Shown piece after piece: positions 47,693 through 55,411 of a DNA stretch of 64,000 nt. Made by a program: the position numbers and the translations under genes. This DNA comes from Solirubrobacteraceae bacterium (GTDB taxonomy: Bacteria > Actinomycetota > Thermoleophilia > Solirubrobacterales > Solirubrobacteraceae): assembly GCA_035483545.1 (NCBI GenBank), contig DATHPS010000018.1, positions 745 through 64,744 on the forward strand. Direction: 5' to 3'. Positions within the stretch are counted from its first letter, which is position 1. Each line of letters opens with the position of its first letter. Below the pieces are notes generated by a model. It had not been told where the DNA came from. It was given only the letters and a program-made list of their open reading frames with translations, and searched no databases.

Positions 47693-48805
47693 TCACCCAA
47701 ACAGATGCGCGGCGATCCGCTCCAAACCGGCGAGATCGTGGATGTCTTGATCTAGGTGGGGGACGAGGATCGGCTGGGGGTCGGCGAGCGCGTCTTGCAG
47801 CCGCGCGATGCTGGCGCGGTCGCGCTGGGCGAGGACGTCGAAGTCGGCGAGGTTGGCGGCGACGCGCGCGGCGAGCGGCTCACCGAGCTCGCCTGAGAGC
47901 AGCGCTTGGACCTGCGCGGTGGTGTGGCCTTCGAGGCCGTCGCGGTGGACGCGGTTGACGATCAGCGCGACGCGGTCCATCGCGGCGGCGTCGAGCTGGG
48001 CGGCGAAGAAGAGGGTCTCGCGGACGGGCTCGGGCTCGGGTGAGGTGACGAGCAGGAACGCGGTGGCGGGGTCGCGCAGCAGCGCGTCGACGGCGCGGGC
48101 GCGCTCGCGAAAGCCGTCGACCATGCCGGCGAGCGACCCAAAGAAGGCGGAGAGGTCGCTGAGCAGGTCGACGCCGGTGAAGCGCGAGAACATCGACAGC
48201 ACGAGCCCCGTGCCGCGGCCGACCACACGCGCGGCGAGGCCGCTGGGGACGAGGAACATCTTCAGCGCGCGGCCCTCGAGGAAGCCGGTCATGCGCGTGG
48301 GGGCGTCGAGGAAGTCGAGCGCGTTGCGCGCGGGCGGGGTGTCGAGCACGATCGTGTCGAAGCGGCCGTCGCGGTGGAGGTCGTAGAGCTTGGCGATCGC
48401 GCTGAACTCCTGCGTGCCGGCGACCGACGAGGAGACCTCCTGGTAGATGCGGTTGGAGAGCGCCTCCTCGCGGCTGCGCTCGTCGGGCGCGAGGCGCGTG
48501 ATCAGCGCGTCGAAGGTGACCTTGGCGTCGAGCATCGCGGCCCACAGCTCGCCGGGCGCCGCGACGCCGTGCGCGGCGAGCAGCGCGGGGTCCACGCGCT
48601 GGGGCTCGTTGTCGAGATGGTCGACCCCGAGCGCGGAGGCGAGTCGTTTGGCGGGATCGATCGTGACGACTGCGACCCGCGCTCCGCGCTGCGCGAGTCC
48701 GAGCCCGAGCGCGGCGGCGGTCGTGGTCTTGCCGACGCCGCCGGGGCCCGCGAGCACGCAGACGTCCTTGCCGTTCAGTCGCTCGGCGAGCGCTCGCTTG
48801 GGCAC
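47693..48805 (-). CDS. ArsA/Get3-like P-loop ATPase
   Basis: GPGGVGKTT, TIDPAKRLA, LDTPPARNALDFLDAP, LIVNRV. Confidence 0.88.
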   Translation of the reverse strand: MPKRALAERLNGKDVCVLAGPGGVGKTTTAAALGLGLAQRGARVAVVTIDPAKRLASALGVDHLDNEPQRVDPALLAAHGVAAPGELWAAMLDAKVTFDALITRLAPDERSREEALSNRIYQEVSSSVAGTQEFSAIAKLYDLHRDGRFDTIVLDTPPARNALDFLDAPTRMTGFLEGRALKMFLVPSGLAARVVGRGTGLVLSMFSRFTGVDLLSDLSAFFGSLAGMVDGFRERARAVDALLRDPATAFLLVTSPEPEPVRETLFFAAQLDAAAMDRVALIVNRVHRDGLEGHTTAQVQALLSGELGEPLAARVAANLADFDVLAQRDRASIARLQDALADPQPILVPHLDQDIHDLAGLERIAAHLFG

Positions 48806-48891
48806 CGCTGGATCCTAGTCGTGCAGGAATCGCCAGCCCGCGTGCGAATACCCACGCGACGGATTCCCGTAATCGAGCATCGGAGCTTCCC

Positions 48892-49659
48892 GTGCAAGGA
48901 AGGGCCAAGGTCATCGCGTTCGCCAACCAGAAGGGCGGCGTGGCCAAGACGACGACGACGTTGAATCTCGCGGCGGCCTTTGCCGAGGAGGGCCACCGGG
49001 TGCTGTGCGTGGACATGGACCCGCAGGGCAACCTCACGATGTCCCAGGGCATCGACCCCGACACGCTGCAGAAATCGATGTACGACGTGCTGGTCTACAA
49101 GACCTCGATCCGCGAGGTCGTGCGCCGCCGGGAGGTCGACGTGGCGTGCGCGTCGATCGATCTCGCGGGCGCCGAGATCGCGATGTCGACGATGATCGGC
49201 CGCGAGCGCGCGCTGCAGAAGGCGTTCGAGCCGATCCGCGAGGACTACGACTTCATCTGCATCGACACCCCGCCGAGCCTCGGATTGCTGACAATCAACG
49301 CGCTGACCGCCGCCGACAAGGTAATCGTCCCCGTGCAGTGCGAGTATTTGTCGATGCGCGGTTTGATCCAGCTGCAGAACACGCTCGCGATGATTCGCGA
49401 GAACCTCAACCCGAACGTCGACATCGAGGGCATCCTGCCGACGCTGGTCGACTCGCGCACGATCCACGCAAAGGAGGCGATCGAGATCCTCGAGGAGAAC
49501 TTCGGCGATCGCGTATTCGCTTCACGCATCCGCAAGACGGTGCGCTTCGCCGAGGCGCCCGTGAAGGGGATGTCGGTGCTCAAGTACGAGCCCGACGGGG
49601 TCGCCGCGCAGTCCTACCGTCAGCTCGCACAGGAGGTGCTCGCACATGGCTCAGAATAA
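48892..49659 (+). CDS. ParA/Soj-family ATPase
   Basis: NQKGGVAKTTT, DMDPQGN, IDTPPSLG, PVQCEY, DSRT, IRKTVRFAEAP. Confidence 0.93.
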   Translation: MQGRAKVIAFANQKGGVAKTTTTLNLAAAFAEEGHRVLCVDMDPQGNLTMSQGIDPDTLQKSMYDVLVYKTSIREVVRRREVDVACASIDLAGAEIAMSTMIGRERALQKAFEPIREDYDFICIDTPPSLGLLTINALTAADKVIVPVQCEYLSMRGLIQLQNTLAMIRENLNPNVDIEGILPTLVDSRTIHAKEAIEILEENFGDRVFASRIRKTVRFAEAPVKGMSVLKYEPDGVAAQSYRQLAQEVLAHGSE

Positions 49660-51184
49660 GCGCGCCAGCATGCGCGAAGGCCCGCTCGCGGCGCTGTTCA
49701 GCAAAACCGAGGAAGACGCCGCGCAGCAGGACGAGGCCGCGGCGAAGGCCGACGCGCAGGCGCCGGCCGGCGAGGCGCCCGTCGCTGGGGAGCAGTCGCC
49801 CGCGAGCGACCCAAAGACATCTGCCACTGAGACGAAGTCCTCAGAGCCGCAGGCGAGAAGCACGGCGCCCGTCGTGGACGAGGACGAGCAGGAGCCGGTG
49901 CCGAGCCCGCGCGAGCGGCTGCGCAACGTGTTCTCCTCGGAGATCCCCGCGAACGTGATGGAACCGCCGGTCGCGCCCGCGTCGGCGGCTGGGGAGGCGC
50001 GCGCGCAGCGCGACGAGCCGCCCGCGCAGGACGCGCCCCCCGCGTACGACGTCTACGCACGCGAGGAGCCGCGCGCGTTCGGGACGGCCGCGCCGGTCGC
50101 GCATCCCGTGATCCGCGTGGTCGGCGTCGGTGGCGCCGGCGTGAACGCCGTCAACCGCATGGTCGAGGCCGAGGTCGCCGGCGTCGAGTTCCTCGCGATC
50201 AACACCGACCTGCAGTCGCTGCAGCAGTCTACCGCGGACATCACGCTGCACATCGGCGCCGAGCTCACGCGCGGCCTCGGCTCGGGCTCGGACACCAGCC
50301 TCGGGCGGCAGGCCGCGATGGACGACTACGACCGCGCGAAGGCCCTCCTGAAGGGCTCCGACATGATCTTCATCACCGCCGGCGCCGGCGGCGGCACCGG
50401 CACCGGCGCCGCCCCGATCATCGCGCGGATCGCGCGCGAAGTCGGCGCGCTCGCCGTCGCGATCGTGACCAAGCCGTTCGGCTTCGAGGGCTCCCGCCGC
50501 GCCGAGCAGGCCGAGCAGGGCGTGCGCGCACTCGCCGAGGAGGTCGACACGCTGATCGTCGTCCCCAACAACCGCCTGCTCACCGTCCTCGACAAGCAGA
50601 CCTCGATGGTCGACGCCTTCCGCGTCGCCGACGACGTGCTGCGCCAGGGCGTGCAGGGGATCTCCGACCTCGTCACCCTGCCCGGCCTCATCAACCTCGA
50701 CTTCGCCGACGTCCGCACGATCATGAGCGGCGCCGGCAACGCGCTGCTCGGCATCGGCATGGGCGCCGGCGGCGAGCACCGCGCGACCGAGGCCGCGATG
50801 CAGGCCGTCTCCTCGCCGCTGCTGGAAACCTCGATGGAGGGCGCGCGCTCGATCCTGCTCTCGATCACCGGCGGGCGCGACCTCTCGCTGTGGGAGGTCA
50901 ACGAGGCCGCGAAGGCCGTCGCCGAGGCCGCGCATCCCGACGCGAACATCATCTTCGGCGCGATGGTCGACGAGAAGCTCGAGGAGCAGGTCTGGGTCAC
51001 GGTCGTCGCGACCGGCTACGACAAGCAGGAGTCCCGCTCCTCCGGCCGTTCGCGCCTGCGCGAGCCCGAAGGGGAGCCCCGCGTGCAGCGCGGCAGCGGC
51101 ACCGGCAGCGCGTCCTCCCGCCAGACCCGCCGCGGCGGGATCGCCGTCGACGAGCTCGACGTGCCCGAGTTCATCCCGCGCTGA
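49646..51184 (+). CDS. ftsZ: Cell division protein FtsZ with a ~150-aa N-terminal extension
   Basis: VVGVGGAGVNAVNRM, NTDLQ, GGGTGTG, PFGFEG, INLDFAD (T7 loop), C-terminal LDVPEF; AGGAGG RBS before ATG 49646. Confidence 0.95.
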   Translation: MAQNKRASMREGPLAALFSKTEEDAAQQDEAAAKADAQAPAGEAPVAGEQSPASDPKTSATETKSSEPQARSTAPVVDEDEQEPVPSPRERLRNVFSSEIPANVMEPPVAPASAAGEARAQRDEPPAQDAPPAYDVYAREEPRAFGTAAPVAHPVIRVVGVGGAGVNAVNRMVEAEVAGVEFLAINTDLQSLQQSTADITLHIGAELTRGLGSGSDTSLGRQAAMDDYDRAKALLKGSDMIFITAGAGGGTGTGAAPIIARIAREVGALAVAIVTKPFGFEGSRRAEQAEQGVRALAEEVDTLIVVPNNRLLTVLDKQTSMVDAFRVADDVLRQGVQGISDLVTLPGLINLDFADVRTIMSGAGNALLGIGMGAGGEHRATEAAMQAVSSPLLETSMEGARSILLSITGGRDLSLWEVNEAAKAVAEAAHPDANIIFGAMVDEKLEEQVWVTVVATGYDKQESRSSGRSRLREPEGEPRVQRGSGTGSASSRQTRRGGIAVDELDVPEFIPR

Positions 51185-51192
51185 GCGGAGCA

Positions 51193-51258
51193 CGCAAATC
51201 GGCAAATCGCGGTGCGCAAATCTGCAAGCTGCTCCGCGCAGATCCGCAAATCACCTTG
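51193..51258. repeat. Three imperfect 22-bp repeats, each with two GCAAATC-like half-sites
   Basis: Half-sites at 51194/51202, 51216/51224, 51238/51246. Confidence 0.65.
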
Positions 51259-51275
51259 CGTAGAAAGAAAGGCTT

Positions 51276-51403
51276 CCTCGGATCGCGGAGGAATCAGCCC
51301 TCGAATTGCGGTGGAGACAGCCCTCGAATTGCGGTGGAGACAGCCCTCGAATCGCGGTACGGAAGTGCCTCGGATTGCGGAAGCTTTAGCCCTCGAGTTG
51401 CGG
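51276..51403. repeat. Six repeats at 23-bp period with quasi-palindromic core CCTCGRRTYGCGG, upstream of the AAA ATPase
   Basis: Cores start at 51276, 51299, 51322, 51345, 51368, 51391. Confidence 0.88.
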
Positions 51404-51424
51404 AGAGTTAGCTAGAGTAGGGCT

Positions 51425-52699
51425 ATGTCAGCGATCCTCCACGAGCTCGTCGAGCGCCGGCTGGGCGGCGTGCTCGACCGGCGTATGCGCGTCGAGCCCG
51501 TGATCATCCTGCAAGGCCCACGCGCGGTAGGCAAGTCCACGCTGCTGCAAGAGCTCGCGCTCGCGCGGGGCCGAGATGTCATCGATCTCGACGATCTGGA
51601 TACGCGCGAAGCGGTCCAGGCCGACCCGGCCCTGTTCGTGCGCGGCGAGGCACCGGTGCTGATCGACGAGTTCCAGCATGTGCCGGTGCTGCTCGACGCG
51701 ATCAAGGCAGAGCTCAACCGCGACGGCGCGCCCGGCCGCTTCGTGCTGACCGGCTCGACGCGCTACGCGACCCTGCCCGCGGCCGCCCAGGCGCTCACGG
51801 GACGGGCACATCGCGTGGACGTGCTCCCCCTCTCTCAGGGCGAGATCGCCGGCGCGCGCGAGGGCTTCGTCCAGACGCTTCTCAGCGATCCGAGCGCGCT
51901 CGTGGACCCGAGCCCACCCGCGAGCGCACGCGACGAGTACGTCCGTCGGGTCGTCGCGGGCGGATTTCCGATGGCGCTCACACGTACGCGAGCAGCCGAC
52001 CGCGCGCGCTGGTTCGAGGACTACGTCGAGCTCGTCATCGAGCGTGACGTACTCGAGCTCTCACGCGTACAGCAACGCCGCCAGCTACCGCTCCTCCTGC
52101 GTCAGCTCGCCGGTCAGACCGCGCAGGTGCTCAACATCGCGAAGGCCGCGAGGGCAATCGGCATGGAGAAGTCCACCGCCGAGAGCTACACGAAGCTGCT
52201 AGAGACCGTCTTCCTCATCCACCAGCTGCCCGCGTGGGGCACGACGCTCGGACCGCGAGTGGGGGCCGCGCCAAAGGTCCATGTCGTGGACAGCGGGCTC
52301 GCCGCGCGCCTGCTGCGCCTGACCGAGGATAAGCTTGGGGCCGCCTCGGCATCCGCGCTCACCGAGTTCGGGCATCTGCTCGAGACGTTCGTCGTGGGCG
52401 AGGTCTGTAAGCAGCTCGACTGGCTCGACGCGCCGGTCGCACGCGGACACTGGCGCACGCACGACGGCGACGAGGTCGACCTCGTGCTCGAGCGCGACGA
52501 CGGCGCCGTCGCCGCGCTCGAGGTCAAGGCCGCCTCACGCGTGACCGCGCGCGAGCTACGCAGCCTGCACAAGCTCCGCGCCAAGCTCGGCGCCGGATTC
52601 CTGGGCGGCGTAGTCCTCTACACCGGCGCGCGGTCCTACACCCACGAGGGGATCCAGATCGTGCCGGTCAGCCGGCTGTGGCGAGGTCACGACGCCTAG
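51425..52699 (+). CDS. AAA ATPase with C-terminal DUF4143-like PD-(D/E)xK domain (COG1373-like)
   Basis: GPRAVGKST, LIDEFQ, VLTGS, GGFP, PKVHVVDSG, EVDLVLE..ALEVKA. Confidence 0.9.
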   Translation: MSAILHELVERRLGGVLDRRMRVEPVIILQGPRAVGKSTLLQELALARGRDVIDLDDLDTREAVQADPALFVRGEAPVLIDEFQHVPVLLDAIKAELNRDGAPGRFVLTGSTRYATLPAAAQALTGRAHRVDVLPLSQGEIAGAREGFVQTLLSDPSALVDPSPPASARDEYVRRVVAGGFPMALTRTRAADRARWFEDYVELVIERDVLELSRVQQRRQLPLLLRQLAGQTAQVLNIAKAARAIGMEKSTAESYTKLLETVFLIHQLPAWGTTLGPRVGAAPKVHVVDSGLAARLLRLTEDKLGAASASALTEFGHLLETFVVGEVCKQLDWLDAPVARGHWRTHDGDEVDLVLERDDGAVAALEVKAASRVTARELRSLHKLRAKLGAGFLGGVVLYTGARSYTHEGIQIVPVSRLWRGHDA

Positions 52700-52744
52700 C
52701 TTCGGAGGGGAGCGCCGAACTTCGAACCCCCATACCCTTCCCCG

Positions 52745-54244
52745 ATGGGTCCGTCCAACCGAGGCGCCGGAGGAGTCGTCGCGGCCGGTCACCCGCTGAC
52801 CGCGCAGGCCGGCGCACGCGTGCTGCGCGAAGGCGGCAACGCCGTCGACGCCGCCGTCGCCGCGATGCTCACCTCGTTCGCCGCCGAGCCCCTGCTCACC
52901 GGCCTCGGCGCCGGCGGCTACCTGCTCGTCGCCGGCGGCGACTGGGAGCCCGCGCTGCTCGACTTCTTCGTCGAGGCGCCCGCGCGCGCCGAGGACGGCT
53001 CCGCCGCCGAGCTCGCCGCAATCGACGTCTCCTTCGGCGACGCCGCGCAGGTCTTCCACATCGGGCCCGCCTCCTGCGGCGTCTACGGCACGCCCGCCGG
53101 CGCCTGCGAGGCGATCGCGCGCTGGGGCACCGTCCCGCTCGACGAGCTCGCCCAGCCCGCCGCGCGCCTCGCCCGCGACGGCGTCGCACTCAACGCCGGG
53201 CAGGCCTACGTCGCCACGATCCTCGCGCAGCTGCTGCTCTCCAGCCCCGAGTGCGCCGCATTGTGGGCGCCCGCCGGCCACGTCCTGCGCGAGGGCGAGA
53301 CCCTGCACAACCCCGAGCTCGGCGAGGCACTGCAGCGCCTCGGCCGCGACGGCGCCGCGCCCTTCTACCGCGGCGACATCGCCGCCGCCGTCGCCGACTG
53401 GCTCGCTGCGCGCGGCGGCTCGCTCACCCGCGACGCGCTCGCCGACTACCGTTGCATCCCCCGCGAGCCAGTGCGCATGCGCTACCGCGACCGCCTGCTG
53501 CTCACCAACCCCCCGCCCTCCGCCGGCGGCACCCTGATCGCCTACGCCCTCGGCCTGCTCGACCAGCGCCCCGCGCCGCCCTCGCTCTGCGCCGTGGTCG
53601 CCGCGATGGAAGCCGCGCAGGGCGAGCGCACCGCGGAGTTCGTCGAGGGCCTCGCCGCGGAGGGGTTTCTCGAGTCCTTCCTCTCCTCGCGCCTGCGCGG
53701 CGCGCACCTCGGCTCGACCACCCACATTTCCGTCCTCGACCGCGACGGCCGCGCCTGCAGCGTCACCTGCACCAATGGCGAGGGCTCCGGCGTCGTCGTC
53801 CCCGGCACCGGCATCCACGTCAACAACATCATGGGCGAGCAGGACCTCAACCCTCTCGGCTTTCACCTGCACCCCGCGGGACGCCGTATGCCGAGCATGA
53901 TGGCGCCGTCGGTCGTGACGCGCTCGGGGGAGGTCGAGCTCGTGCTCGGCAGCGCCGGCTCCAACCGCATCCGCTCCGCGCTCCTGCAGACCATCGTCGG
54001 CGTCGTCGATCGCGGCCTCGACGCGACCGAGGCCGTGCTCGCGCCGCGCGCCCACTTCGAGGACGGCGTCGTCTACGCCGAGCCCGGCGTCGACGTCGCC
54101 GCGCTGCGCGCGCAAGGTCGCCGCGTGGTCGACTTCCACGAGCTCAACCTCTTCTTCGGCGGCGTCCAGGCCGTGCAGAGTCGCGACGGCCACGTCCTCG
54201 GCGCCGGCGACCCCCGCCGCGGCGGCGTGGCGGTTGCGGCGTGA
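52745..54244 (+). CDS. Gamma-glutamyltransferase family protein
   Basis: GGNAVDAAVA, GLGAGG, STTHISVLD (Thr nucleophile), PSMMAP, DPRRGG. Confidence 0.9.
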   Translation: MGPSNRGAGGVVAAGHPLTAQAGARVLREGGNAVDAAVAAMLTSFAAEPLLTGLGAGGYLLVAGGDWEPALLDFFVEAPARAEDGSAAELAAIDVSFGDAAQVFHIGPASCGVYGTPAGACEAIARWGTVPLDELAQPAARLARDGVALNAGQAYVATILAQLLLSSPECAALWAPAGHVLREGETLHNPELGEALQRLGRDGAAPFYRGDIAAAVADWLAARGGSLTRDALADYRCIPREPVRMRYRDRLLLTNPPPSAGGTLIAYALGLLDQRPAPPSLCAVVAAMEAAQGERTAEFVEGLAAEGFLESFLSSRLRGAHLGSTTHISVLDRDGRACSVTCTNGEGSGVVVPGTGIHVNNIMGEQDLNPLGFHLHPAGRRMPSMMAPSVVTRSGEVELVLGSAGSNRIRSALLQTIVGVVDRGLDATEAVLAPRAHFEDGVVYAEPGVDVAALRAQGRRVVDFHELNLFFGGVQAVQSRDGHVLGAGDPRRGGVAVAA

Positions 54245-54672
54245 GAGCTCGGTATGGCTGCCCGTACGTGTTCGCCGTGCTGCTCGTCGCGGCCGTCGCG
54301 GCCGGCTGCGGCGAGAGCGTCGAACTGCCCGACCTCTTCATCGTCCAGCGCACCGGCGGCAGCGCCCCGCTTACGCTCGTCGTCAACGAAGGCGGCGCCG
54401 TCCGCTGCAACAGCGGTCCCGCCCGCCAGCTCAGCGACTCCCAGCTCGTGCTCGCCCGCGGCGTGCAGGAAGAACTTGAAGGCCCCGCCGCCAAGCACCT
54501 CGCGCTCGCGTCCCGGCCCGGCTCCGTCTTCAGCTACTACCTGCGCGACGAAAAGGGCACCGTGCGCTTCGCCGACAACTCCGCCGGCCAGCCCTCCGCG
54601 CTGCGCCACCTCGCCTACCTCGTGCTCGAAATCGCCCAGAAGGTCTGCCGGCTGCCGGGTGAGGGCTCGTAG
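54241..54672 (+). CDS. Putative lipoprotein
   Basis: Hydrophobic signal ending in lipobox-like VAAGC; GTGA overlap with the ggt stop. Confidence 0.7.
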   Translation: MRARYGCPYVFAVLLVAAVAAGCGESVELPDLFIVQRTGGSAPLTLVVNEGGAVRCNSGPARQLSDSQLVLARGVQEELEGPAAKHLALASRPGSVFSYYLRDEKGTVRFADNSAGQPSALRHLAYLVLEIAQKVCRLPGEGS

Positions 54673-54688
54673 CACGCATGCTACAGTG
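54669..54688 (+). promoter_or_regulatory. Palindromic operator and -10 box of the Phd-VapC operon
   Basis: GTAGCA-CGCA-TGCTAC palindrome overlapping TACAGT, just before ATG 54695. Confidence 0.55.
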
Positions 54689-54694
54689 CGAATA

Positions 54695-54949
54695 ATGGCG
54701 CGTGAGATTACTCAGCGGCAGCTGCGCAACGACAGCGGCGAGATCATGCGCGAGCTAGACCGAGGCGAATCGTTCATCGTGACTCGCAACGGGACGCCCG
54801 TGGGCGAGCTGCGGCCGCTACGCCGCCGCCGCTTCGTGCCCGCGGAGGTCGCGATCGCGGCATTCTCCGGTGTCGGTAGCATCGACCACAGACAGTTCCG
54901 CGCGGACATCGACCGCTTCGTAGACCAGGACCCGACGCCGCGTGCCTGA
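54695..54949 (+). CDS. Phd/YefM-family antitoxin
   Basis: EITQRQLRNDSGEIMREL..GESFIVTRNGTPVGELRP. Confidence 0.9.
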   Translation: MAREITQRQLRNDSGEIMRELDRGESFIVTRNGTPVGELRPLRRRRFVPAEVAIAAFSGVGSIDHRQFRADIDRFVDQDPTPRA

Positions 54950-55409
54950 GGCGCCGGCGAGGCCGGCGAGGCCCGCTAGAGGCTTGCTGGACACCTCGGT
55001 AGTGATCGATCTCGGGCTGCTGCGCGCTGAGGATCTCCCGGTCGAGCTTGCCGTGTCGGCGCTAACGATGGCCGAGTTGGCTACCGGGCCGCAAGCCACT
55101 GCCGACCCACAGGAGCGCGCTCGTCGAGTCGGACTTCTCCAGCATGCCGAAGCGACTTTTGAGCAGCTTCCGTTCGACGCCGCCGCTGCGCGCGTCTACG
55201 GGCGTATTTATGCCGCCGTGTTTGCCGCTGGTCGCAAGGCACGGGGCCGGCGAGCAATCGACCTCCTCATCGCCGCCACCGCCCTTTCGAACAAGCTGCC
55301 GCTCTACACCCACAATCTCGACGACTTCGCCGGGCTCGAGGAACTACTCGACATCGTCGCCGTGCCCACCGGGCCCGCCGCGGACGAACCGCCCGCGCGG
55401 CCCGCTTGA
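54942..55409 (+). CDS. VapC toxin
   Basis: LLDTSVVID, SALTMAEL, LPFD, DLLIAATA, LYTHNLDDF. Confidence 0.9.
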   Translation: MPEAPARPARPARGLLDTSVVIDLGLLRAEDLPVELAVSALTMAELATGPQATADPQERARRVGLLQHAEATFEQLPFDAAAARVYGRIYAAVFAAGRKARGRRAIDLLIAATALSNKLPLYTHNLDDFAGLEELLDIVAVPTGPAADEPPARPA

Positions 55410-55411
55410 CC

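Larger units (their letters stand above)
46472..47755. mobile_element. 1.2-kb cassette (HTH gene plus DUF4160/DUF2442-like pair) between 50-bp direct repeats
   Basis: 46472-46521 and 47706-47755 are 47/50 identical; the last 28 bp (CGGCGAGATCGTGGATGTCTTGATCTAG) are identical. Confidence 0.65.

Noticed and set aside
51276-51403. CRISPR array
   Set aside because: The period is only 23 bp with 10-bp linkers, two of them identical, and there are no cas genes in the window.
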